Assembly (NCBI GenBank): GCA_013239625.1
Contig: MU053472.1
Span: 434,001 to 498,000 of the forward strand
Direction of reading: 5' to 3'
DNA length: 64,000 bases
From: Lama guanicoe
Lineage: Eukaryota
Shown here piece after piece: positions 25,501-36,913 of the stretch. The notes below the pieces were generated by a model that ran no database searches, was not told the origin of the DNA, and was given only the letters and a program-made list of their open reading frames with translations. Position 1 is the stretch's first letter; each line of letters begins with the position of its first letter. A program made the position numbers and the translations under genes.

Positions 25501-26620
25501 GTCAGTCACAAATAATGCTCTTTACAATGTGATAAAAATTTTATGTTCATGTGCTATAATGATAAACTGTAGACTTTTATGTTTCAAAGGCACCTTCCCC
25601 AAAAGAATACAGGCAGATTGAGGGGGAAAACCCTGAAGTTGGGGGTGTCTGTCGGTGGTAGTATTCCACCACCTTTCCTCTGCGATTCGGAACTGCAATC
25701 AGTGGGAATGGGATGGGCCGTGGAGTAGCTTCTAGAGTGTCTGGACAGCTACTCAGTGATTTTCCACACTTGACCTCTCTCTCCTGCGGTTTGTAGGCTT
25801 GTGCCTGGGAATGGCACACAGTAGAGCTGCCGGGTGGTGGGCAGGCTCCTAAACTTTTGACACGGAGCTGCTTTCACTCTCTGCAACCCTTTAGGGAAGG
25901 CTGTCTTCGTGTTCTTCTTAGCTAGGAAAGAACAATTTGAAGTCGACCTCATGGAGCCTTTCATTTATTCGTTAAAACTTCCTTTTTCTTCTCCCCCAGA
26001 ATCTGAGAATTGCTCCTTTCTCAAGGAGTTTTTTTGTTGTGGTTATCTAATTTTGGTCAGACTGTAAGCTAGAATCTGTCCCTGAGTGCCTTACTTAGTT
26101 CTTTTATGAAGAAGGCAGCTATTTTATATTCTGTGTTGGTTAAGATAGAATTTGGAACTTTTTTTTTAATCTGTTATTTTTAAACTTGATTATTCACTGC
26201 TCTAAAATGTGAAAGAGGCAGCCTTTTTGCTGCTCTACCTTTTGATGGTCTTCAAAGTGGTCAGTCTGCTAGAACTTTTCCCTCCTCCCTTCCCTCCCTT
26301 TTTTCCTTTTTTTTTTTCTCTTTTTAAATGATTTGGTTTTCTTTGAAAGCTCTGCAAATGAACCTCGTTATAAAATTTGGAGACATTAGAAAAATTTTTT
26401 TAAAGAAACCTTATATTGCAAGGGAGAAATGGATAGTGAACTTAGACATCAGGTTTTTCCTGTTGCATGATACTTTTATATTTGATTCTGGTTTTAAAAA
26501 TGAAAGTTAGCTTAAGTAATCTCCAACTCACTTTTAGGAAATGTCTGTAGGTATTTTTTTTATTTTTATTTTTTTTTTAGCATTCCTGGCAATTTGTTAT
26601 TACTGTTTCCTTCTTCTAGT

Positions 26621-26801
26621 GTAGTGGTTCTCAAACTTTAGGACTTGTTAAAATATGGATGACGGTGTCCTATCCTGTAGGTTCTGATACAGTTAGCTAG
26701 TCTGTGGTAGGGCTAAGAATTTGTACTTTTAATAGTTCCCAGGTGATGCGGTGGCTGCAGCTGTGGCTGCTAGCCTGGCAACCACTTTGAGAATCACTAC
26801 T
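26621..26801. mobile_element. MER5A-like hAT MITE; similar relics at ~24709-24872, ~28942-29112 and ~39738-39880
   Basis: agtggttctcaaactt...ccactttgagaatcact terminal inverted repeats; ttctgat...ccaggtgat core. Confidence 0.75.
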
Positions 26802-28096
26802 CCAGCATTTACAGGTACCATTTTGTTTTCATAAATGAGTAAGGTCTGATTCACAGATTATGCAAAAACAATGGTGCATGTGTGATTTTTGATATATTTA
26901 GTGATGACGCTCAATAATTTAAAATTGACGTTTTGTTAATCCAGTGTCAAAGAACAGTACTCTTTACCTACTTCTATATACATCAAAGTGGTTTACAGCA
27001 TGTAAAATTATTAATAATAAATTTTTTATTTGTTGATATACCTTCTCTTAGAGCACCTCAGCATCAGGACTGGGAATCATCCCTCTGAATTAAAATTGTT
27101 GGTCAGGCTACAAGCTGTTTAATACCGATTTAGTATATTGTTTTGACTTCTTTAAATAGGATTTTTGGAATGACAGAATAAATATTGTTTTATTTAGCTT
27201 TGTTTCTTATTGTTGTTGTGAACTTTGAACTATGCTTTGGTCTTTGTTGATTTGTTTACTAGTGGTTGGCAACATCTGATCCTGACTAGTAAGGCCCTAT
27301 AGCTAGGAAACTGGTCCTTAATTGAGATAATACCTCCATTATTTTAATTATAGATTTAAAATTTGACAGTAGATACAATTTCTCCCTATCAATGTCAGCA
27401 GTCAGCATGTTAGAGCCAAAAATAGACATTTTGGGGTGAATTTTTAACAGATATAATTTAAGAAAAAGTCATGGGGCTAATTAATTAAAAAAATACTCAT
27501 TTGGAATTTGCTTTAAAGCAGACTATGTACATCTGTGTGTGTAGTATATGTATATACACATTTCATTTGTTTTGTATATGTATATACACGTGTAAATATA
27601 TTTTATGTGTATATATACATATATTTGCTTGTGTAAAATTGATAACCTCTCACAGTGTAGTGTTTGGAACCAGATGATAGCTGGGTACTTTAAACACCAA
27701 GTTCCTTAGCCTGTATTCTCCCCAATATTAACGACTGAAATTACAGTATCACAACAGGCAGCTTTCACCCACGGCAAAGATTTCTCCGTTGATCATTATT
27801 ATCTCTTGAACGTCACCATATGGATAGAGATTGGGAATGGCTTATAGTTTTTAGAGACAGTGTTCTTTGAGGAAAAGGAAACTGGCTTTAATTTTTTAGG
27901 CATAGTTCCCATGATCTGGATTTTCTTCTCTTTTAAAAAACAAAATCCTTGAGAAAGAATATCCAAGTAAACTAGTTCTCAAACTCTGCCTTGCTTCCAA
28001 GTGCCAGCTGTGGTGTGTTAGGTATAACCTGTGGCTATCCTCAGATGTAGGTTATTATCCATAACGTGTTTTTCTCACTTCTCATTTCCTCCCCAG

Positions 28097-28349
28097 CTCT
28101 GAGAGCTCGTTTTGAAGGAATAATGGATGAACCGTCTCCCTTGGCCAAACCTCTGGAGCTGAACCAGCACTCCCGATTCATAATTGGTTCTGTGTCTGAA
28201 GACAACTCAGAGGATGAGATTAGCAACCTAGTGAAGCTGGAGCTACTGGAGGAGAAGGAGGGCTCTCTGTCACCAGCCTCTGTCAGCTCAGATACACTCT
28301 CTGACTTGGGGATCTCTAGCCTGCAGGATGGCTTGGCCTTACACATGAG
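28097..28349 (+). CDS. ACACA: ACACA exon 5; canonical start ATG at 28123 (MDEPSPLAKPLELNQHSRFIIGSVSEDNSEDE...LALHMR)
   Basis: Acceptor ttcctccccag, donor AG|GTAAGT. Unmistakable ACC1 N-terminus; ends in phase 2. Confidence 0.98.
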
Positions 28350-29248
28350 GTAAGTCCGAGAAGGTGAATGTTTCACTTATTTAACCTGTCCTGTTGGTTT
28401 CACTCATCTTGTTTTAAAAAGAGCAAGAATAATCTGAGCCAAGATTGTTTCACCTTTTCCTGTATCACTGGCCTTAAAACTTGGATGAGTAAGTGGGAAA
28501 TGCCCTGTTTTGCCTGGAGTGCAGGTTTTGAAAGTGTCTTTTCCTAAATGTTTCTCTCAACTTTTTCTGTTCTTCCTACATTGCTAGTGAGACCCAGTGA
28601 GTGAGAGTTAGGTTGAGGAATTTGTCTCCGTCCTACTTTGATTGACGTTGCTGTAATTGTCCTGATGATGGATAGGACTGTTGCAGGGATGGGCAAGTTT
28701 GTAGTCATCTTTCTTTGAACTGCTTTATCATGTTAGGAAGTTATAGTCTGGTTCTGGCAGGGCCACTCGTGACTGAGGAACACAGGGTTGTTGTAGAGCT
28801 CGCCTCTTTTCCTCTAGAAACTCCATTCTCTACATGTAATTGAGAATGTCAGCAAGTAGTAACACTGGATTATTCTTATTTACTGATGTTTGTGAACCTC
28901 TGGTCATTTGCTTTGCATTTCTCGGATTAAAGGGTCTGGATTAGTGATTCTTGGTTTTCACTGTATGTCAGAATCATCTGGGGAGCCTTAAGAAATGAGC
29001 TCCATCCCCAGAGATTCTGATTCATTTCATACTGGCTTGGCTTGGAGCTGGAGTTTATTTTAATGTAAGCTATTTGAGTGATTCTAATATACACCCAGGC
29101 TTGAGATTATAGGTTTAGCCTAGATAAACATCAATTAGGGTGGCTATTGTTGCTGTTATTATCTTGGTGCTTCTATTATTCATGGATCATAAAATAATTC
29201 AACTCCTTTTTATGCACTTAAGATATAGATTCTGTAGTAAAATCCTAT

Positions 29249-31953
29249 GCGGGGTCTTGTGTAGGCAGCAGTGACAGCTGCTTGTGTTCGTGGGGCAACT
29301 TGCTGGGACCTGGGTGGGCAGTAAGGACCTTGTGCTCTGAGTGTTGGGATTGTGGGTTCTGATCATGGAGGGGCCAGCATAGAGGTTGGCGCCCTGGGCT
29401 GAAGTGGCTTCCAGGGGATTTAAAGAGACATGCTGTCCCCCATGTGGGGAGCCAGACGCTTAAGGAAATCTTTGTCAGGTCACTGACTGACTGCAGAGAT
29501 AAAGGAACAGAAACTTCAGTGACCACACACGAGGAATACACACTGCAGAATAGGTTGGAAAAGTCACAAGAGAACTCAGCAGCAACTCTCAACAATGACA
29601 AGAGATCCCTGAGGAGTGAGAGAACTAAACTTCGAACGTTACATAATGCTCAAAATGTCCAGTTCTCAGGAAACTTACAAAACACACAAAGAAACAGGAA
29701 AATGTGGCACAGTCACAGAAAAAAAGAGTTTGACAGAAAACATTCCTGAGGAAACCTGGACATTGGAAATACTAGTCAAAGATGTTAAGTCATCTGTCTT
29801 AAATATGTTCCAAGAGCTAAAGGAAACCATAGAGAAAGAACTAAAGGAAACTAGAAAAATGATTGTATGAAAAAAATGAGAGTATAAATAAAGAGATAGA
29901 GGTTGTAAAAAAGGAACCAATACTTGGAAGCAACCAAGATGCCCTTCAATAGGTGAATGGATAAGTAAACTGTGATGCCTCCAAACAATGGAGTTTATTC
30001 AGCACTAAAAAGAAATGAATTATCAGGCCATCAAAAGACGTGGAAGAACCTTACATGCATATTACTAACTGAAAAAAGCAAAGCTAAAAAGACTACATAC
30101 TGTATGATTCCAGCTATATGACATTCTGAGAAACACAAAACTCTGGAGACAGTAGAAAGATCAGTGGTTGCCAGTGGTTTGGGGGGAGGAAAAGCTAAAG
30201 GTGGAGCACAGCGGGTTATATAGAGCTGTGAAACTATTCTGTGTGATACCATCTTGGTGGATAACTGAATGTCATTTAGAGATTTGTCAAATCCCATAGA
30301 AAGTACAGCACCAAGAGTGAACACTAATGTAAACTGTGGACTTCGGGTGATAATGATGTGGTTTGTTTTTTTTTTTTTAAATTGAAGTATAGTCATTTAT
30401 AATGTGTCATTTCTGGTGTACAGCTTAATGTCGCAGTCATACATATATATACATATATTCGTTTTCATATTCTTTTTCATTACAGGTTATTACAAGATAT
30501 TGAATATAGTTCCCTGTGCTGGCAGAAGAAATTTGTTTTTTACTTATTTTTATATATAGTGGTTGACCTTTGCAAATCTCAAACTCCCAGATTTATCCCT
30601 TCCTACCTCCTTTCCCCTGGTAACCATAATATTGTTTACTATGTATGCGAGTTTGTTTCTGTTTTGTAAATGAGTTCATTAGTGTCCTGTTTTTTTTTTT
30701 TTGGATTCCTTATATGAGGGATAACATGGTATGTTTTTTTTTCTCTTACTTCACTCAGAATGATGTTCTCCAGGTCCTTCTATATTGCTGCAAATGGCAT
30801 TATTTTATTCTTTTTTATGGCAGAGTAGTATTCCATTGTATATATATACACCACAACTTCTTTATCCAGTCATCTGTCGATGGACATTTATGTTGCTTCC
30901 ATGTCTTGGCTATTGTGAATACTGCTGCTATGAACCTTTTCATTTTTTATTGGTCATTTGTATGTCTTCATTGGAGAATTGCTTGTTTAGGTCTTCTGCC
31001 CATTTTTGGATTCAGTTGGTTTTTTTGTTATTAAGTTGTATGAGCTGTTTGTATATTGCGGAAATTAGACCTTTGTCAGTCCCATCCTTTGCAAGTATTT
31101 TCTCCCATTCTGTAGGTTGTTGTTTTGTTTTACTTATGGTTTCCTTTGCTGTGCAAAGGCTTATGAGTTTATTAGGTCCATTTGTTTATTTTTGCTTTTA
31201 TTTTTATTGCCTAGGTGGACTGCCCTAGAAGAACATTGCTAAAATTTATCTCAGAGAATGTTTTGCCTATGTTTTCTTCTAGGAGGTTTATCATGTCTTG
31301 TCTTATATTCAAGTCTTTAAGCCATTTTGAGTTTATTCTTGTGTATTGTATGAGGGAGTGTTCTAACTTCATTGATTCACATGCTGCTGTCCAGTTTTCC
31401 CAGCACCACTTGCTGAATGTCTTTTCTCCATTGTATATTCCTGCCTCCTTTGTCAAAGATTAATTGACCATAGGTCCGTGGGTTAATTTCTGGGCTCTCT
31501 ATTCTGTTCCATTGATCCATATGTCTGTTTTTATGCCAATACGACACTGTTTTGATTACTGTAGCTCTGTAGTATTGTGTGAAGTCTGGGAGGGTTATTT
31601 CTTCAGCTTCATTCTTTTTCTTCAGGATTGCTTTGGCAATTCTGGGTCTTTTGTGGGTCCATATAAATTTTAGGATGATTTGTTCTAGTTTTGTGAAAAA
31701 TGTCCTGGATAATTTGATAGGGATTGCATTAAATCTGTAGATTGCCTTGGGAAGTATGGCCAAATAATGATGCATTAATGTAGGTTACTCAGTTGTGACG
31801 GATGTTCCACTTTAGTGCAGATTGTTGACAGGGAGGCTGTGCGTGTGTAGGGCTGGGGAGTATATGGGAACTCTGTAATTTCCATTCAATATTTCCGTGA
31901 ACCCAAAACCACTCTAAAAATAGTCCATTAAAAATGGAAATAAACAAACGAAC
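29249..31953 (+). mobile_element. Internally deleted old L1 (5' UTR + ORF1 start fused to ORF2 end/3' UTR), interrupted by a younger L1
   Basis: 10-bp TSD aaaatcctat at 29239-29248 and 31954-31963; ORF1-like frame 29616-29870; 3' UTR at 29921-30360 and 31773-31953. Confidence 0.75.
30361..31763 (-). mobile_element. Young L1 3' portion with an internal deletion near 30935
   Basis: Poly-T start, ORF2 frames (31377-31775, 31211-31456), TSD core ataatgatg at 30350-30358 and 31764-31772. Confidence 0.88.
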
Positions 31954-33873
31954 AAAATCCTATAGTGAATCTGGCTGAATGCAAATGTCCTGCCTTACGG
32001 TTATCACTGAGGGTTTGGTGTCCTTGCTTCTGAAAGATGTAGCAAGTGTGGATGGTCCCCTGTTTGCTATGTGGAGGTTGAAAGTAGAGTTAAGCAAGCT
32101 AATTATGTTTTACTTCACAGGTTCCTAGAACTGCAGTGAGCCAGAGAGATAATTTAGCCTAATGCCTTTTACTTAAATAGATTACAAAATTGAGGCCTGA
32201 AGAGGGAAAGTAATTTACCTGAGGATGAATAGCTAGGAAACTGGATTTCAAAGTTAGAGGCCCTGATTCCATTTCAGTAACTTTTCTACTCTACTTCCTT
32301 GGCCATACAAGTGTTTTAATTATATAACTAGTTCAGATGAAGGTGGTTTTAAGGATTTAGTAATAAAGTATTATATCTAATCTCTGGGTTGAAAAAACAG
32401 GAATAGAGGTCAGTATTTAGTGGCAGGGAGAAAGAGGTCAGGTCTTTGTCTTTATGTAAACATTTTTTTCTTACTTAATAGTTCACTTAATGGTTGACCT
32501 GAAGGCTAATACTAGTGGTGGTATCTTCCTCCTTGTGGTCATTTGGAAATGTGTGAGGGTTGTGACTGGTGGGATTACTTGCTTTTAGAGGACAGGGGAC
32601 CGAAAATTCTAAACCTTCTGCAGTACTGGATAATCACACACAACCAACTGAGAATTGTTGTTACAGTGTCACAGTTTCTCACCCTTTTGAGAAAGACTGG
32701 GTGAGCTCTAAATTCTTAACGCTACATAGCGCCTTGAGAAATTTGTCCAATTTGAGGTCAAGTGAAACAGATGACCCATTCATTGGATTAGGAAATTGTG
32801 AGTTTGGCAATGGTGAAATAAATACCATTGTGAGAAACTCAGCAGATATTACAAGGCGGCTTATCGTTGCCAAATCATTCCCAAAGCTGATGGGTGTTAT
32901 TGCAAAGTCTATAAGGTCGGTGGTATGAGTGCCTGAGAATTTCTTTGCATGCCCTATTGCTGCAAAACTCATGCCCGTAGCTCGTGGAGGAACCATGGAT
33001 TAAAGTGTGATCAGCAGCCTGGGAAGGAGACAGTGCCAGCTCCTATTTGCTTCTCAGATAGCTGATGTTCCAAAATAGAACAAAGGTTTTCCGTCGATTT
33101 ATTTCTTAAGTCACTTGGGGATATGGTATCCTTGTGGATAATTTAAATGGATCCAAATTCATTTTATATATTAGAAAGAAATCTGTTCTGACATCTGCCA
33201 CCAATTAAGTATGTGAGCACGGACAATTCATGTTCCTTCTTTGGACTCATTTTCCTCATCTGTGAAAATGATGATACTGGTTCCAATACCCCCTTTCACT
33301 CCTTGAACCCAAAGTTAAATAGAGACCCACTGAATTTAGGATCAGCTCTCAGAATGAATAACTTGAACATTCACAGGTGATACAGACCAAAGAGGCAAGT
33401 ATGTTCTCAAGAGATGCTAACTGGATATCACCTCAAACCAAGTGAAGTAATTGCCATAGTACAGGATGGGAGTGGGCTTTTCTCTCGAATTTCAGGCTCA
33501 GTTTTAGGTGCTACATGAGAAGTCTAGTGGATTGATGGACAGATAGGCAGAAAAAGAAAATAGACTTTTCCAGACTTGGTGATGACTTGCATCATATATT
33601 TTCTAGAGTACCGGTGAGAAGATTGGATGAATCACTCTCTAAGCTTTATGACCCCAACATTTGAAAATTATACTCTTAGAAAGTAGTTATAGCTTGGTGG
33701 GAATATACAGGTCTCATTGTAGATAACTGTGCTTTGGCTTTTTATTTTTAGGGAAGATCAGCTAGGGTATGTGACCTGTATATCAGCTAAGTTGATATAT
33801 TTCTGAACCTCACTGTAATATTTAATTGAATATTTGAGGAGAAAGACTGTTAAAGACTGAATGTAGGCATCTT

Positions 33874-33919
33874 TTTTTTTTTTTACATTTTTATTGATTC
33901 ATAATCATTTTACAGTGTA
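33874..33919 (-). mobile_element. 46-bp extreme 3' tip of a young L1
   Basis: 14-bp TSD aatgtaggcatctt at 33860-33873 and 33920-33933; body matches the L1 tail at ~15200-15230. Confidence 0.88.
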
Positions 33920-34624
33920 AATGTAGGCATCTTAATTTTGATTCCTAATGTATGAATTAGTGGCATATCATAGAGCCATCTAGTTGTATGGATACTGACT
34001 TTTTCTCTGCTCATTATGGAATGCCACTTGAGGTCACATTGTTCTGCATACTTACAATGCTGTGCAAATCCAGATTATCCCACATTATCACACTACCAGC
34101 CAAACAAAGATTACAGTCTGTTAACTGTAGTATGCTGAGCTCCTGGTTGAAATCCAGTTGGAAACAGCTTAGCCCCACAGTTGGATCTTTTACCTCTTAA
34201 GGTAGTGTGATTTCCTTAAAGCTTTTTTTAATCCAGTAATACATGATATAGTGTTTGAAACTCCATCTCAGTTTTTTCTTAAACTTCTAAAATATATGCT
34301 CAAAATATCGAATGGCTAACATTTTATACTTAGCAGGCATGTTTGGTTAATGACTTTGAGAATATCTGGAATACATGTAAATCCAGTATAAAATAATCTG
34401 TAGCTAAGGTTTAAGACAGTAACTGCTGCTTTGGTAGGAGAGAGTGATTAAGTTCACTCAGGAAGGGCTCCTTGAAGAAGGTGGGTTATAGTCCTATCTC
34501 CTTTATGGTCTAGAAAGGAAAGTACTTTACCAATATCTTAGAAAATTCAGAATTCTCATATGAGATTGCCTACAACATGTTTGACTCTTCAGGAGAATCT
34601 AACTAGAGAGTTTTGAAGCTATTT

Positions 34625-34798
34625 GATTGATTGATTGATTGATTGATTTTTGTTTAATCTTTTTATGGGGGGAGGGAGGTAATTAGGTTTATTTATTTAT
34701 TTATTTATTTATTTTAGAGGAGGTACTGGGGATTGCACCCAGGACCTTGTGCATGCTAAGCATGTGCTCTGCCACTTTGAGCTATAACCCCACCTCCG
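34625..34798 (-). mobile_element. Vic-1-like SINE with (GATT)n tail
   Basis: tRNA-like head; TSD gaagctattt at 34615-34624 and 34799-34808. Confidence 0.88.
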
Positions 34799-35194
34799 GA
34801 AGCTATTTTACAATTAGAAATAATCTGTCACTGTTTCCCCAGTGACACCAGGTAATATTCTGAATTGGGGATCAGCTCCTAGATACCACATAGAAAATTC
34901 ATATGGAGCTTTACATACCTTCATTCACAGGAAATAAGGTGATAAGGTGAGAATCTGGGAGTGGCTTTCAGTGTCCACTCCCATTGATTGGATCAAGAGA
35001 GAAATCAAAGGGAGTAAGAAAAGTGAGAGGGAGCTGATCTATTGCTGCTGCATCCTGTCTTCTTTTTCACATTATCTGTAAGAACTAGCAGTCATGTTCT
35101 TTTCAGTGACTAATTAGAAAAATAATAGTAATGATCAGGAACATTATCAAATGCTTTGTTATATGCCAGACTCTCTGATGTGCTCTACATGGAG

Positions 35195-35706
35195 TATTGA
35201 CTGAAAAAAAATGCACAATCTAAAAGTTGAGAGTTATGTTTTACTCAGCGGACTTTCTGAGGACTTGAGCCTGGGACGTGGCCTCTCAGATCTCTCTCTC
35301 TCAGAGACTGCTCTGCAGAGGCAGGGGAAGAGCCAGGATATATAGGAGTTTTTGCAACAAAGACCGGGTAGTCGGAACACTAAAAGATTATTCTTAATTA
35401 AAGAAAGCGAGATAGCTCAAGTTAAAGAATTCAGGCTTTTCTGTGTATGGGAAGGTGCAAAAATCTGAGCTCATTGAAATCATTTCTTTGATACGCACCT
35501 TAGCTGTCTAGGGCCAGTGTCCTATTCTTTCCCATCCTGAGTTCCCTCAGGGTGCACTGTTGAGGGTGGCTGCAGAGGCTGGGCTGCCTGCTTGTCTCCA
35601 TCCTGAGTTCCCACCGCTCACTGTCGGGGCAGGGGTAGTGGCTGATGACTTGATGGCCGCAGCATCCTTTATTTACTGTTATGGCAGGCAACATTTTTCA
35701 TTCACA
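35195..35706 (-). mobile_element. ERV1 solo LTR (MER41-like) inserted in a MIR
   Basis: ~510 bp ending in CA, 4-bp TSD ggag/agag. MIR-like text on both flanks (atatgccagactctctg; acaaccccatgaggta...gaactgagacacag). Confidence 0.7.
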
Positions 35707-36354
35707 AGAGTATCACACTTAATTTCCACAACAACCCCATGAGGTAAGTAATGTACTATTACTACCTACAATTTGTGGGTGGGGAACTGAGACACAGGTT
35801 AAACAACATGCCGAAGGTCATAGAACTAACTATATTGAGTCCAGTCCGAGCTCATACTGTCAACCACAACACTAAACTAGAACCCTGGGTGTCATATATA
35901 TATATTTGTATGATCTTTGAGCAATTTTTCTCTCATTAAGTGTCATGTTTATTAAAAGGGACAGAAGTTAGAAAATATATTTTTAAATAGTGCTTTATTA
36001 AAGAAGCAGTAAAGAAGATTAAAAACAAAATATAAGACAGCAAAAATAAAGCCTTGTATATCCACCACCTGGAGACAACTCCTGCTAATTCCCTGTTGTA
36101 TCGTCTTCTGGATTCTTTGCTGTGCATGTGTACGTATGTGTTTCTTTCTACTGAAATGAGATCATCCTTTATACAGTTTTATAATCTGTTCTTTTTGTCA
36201 AAAATATCCACTTTTGTATTTCAATAAATTTTCATCTCATCTAATATACACACCATATTCAAATTTCTCCACTTGACTCCAAAATCCTGATTCATCCAAA
36301 CTAGTATCCAGTCCAGGACCACATGTGGTATGTCATGTATCCCTTAAATTTCTT

Positions 36355-36913
36355 TTCTTTTTAAAAAAATTTTAGTTGAAGTACAGTCAGTTACAATGTG
36401 CCAATCTCTGGTGTACAGCACAGTGTCCCAGTCATGCAAATACATAGCTATATTCATTTTCATATTTTTTTCCATTAAAGGTTATTACAAGATATTGAAC
36501 ATAATTCCCTGTGCTATACAAAAGTAACTTTTTTGTTAATCTATTTTTGTAATTAGTGGCTAACATTTGTAAATCTCAAACTCTCAAATTTATCCCTTCC
36601 CACCCCTTTCCCTGGTAACCATAAGATTGTTTACTAAGTCTGCGAGTCTGTTTCTGTTTTGTAGATGAGTTCATGGTGTCTTTTTTTTTTTTTTAAGATT
36701 CCACATATGAGTGATATCGTATGGTATTTTTCTTTCTTTTTCTGGCTTCACTTAGAATGACGATTTCTAGGTCCACCCATGTTGCTGCAAATGGCATTGG
36801 CTTGTTCTTTTTTATGGCAGAATAGTATTCCATTGTATAAATATACCACAACTTCTTTGTCCAGTCATCTGTCAATGGACATTTAGGTTGCTTCCATGTC
36901 TTGGCTATTGATA
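36355..36913 (-). mobile_element. Young L1 3' end
   Basis: Perfect 17-bp TSD tatcccttaaatttctt at 36338-36354 and 36914-36930; ORF2 C-terminal frame 36693-36875. Confidence 0.92.
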
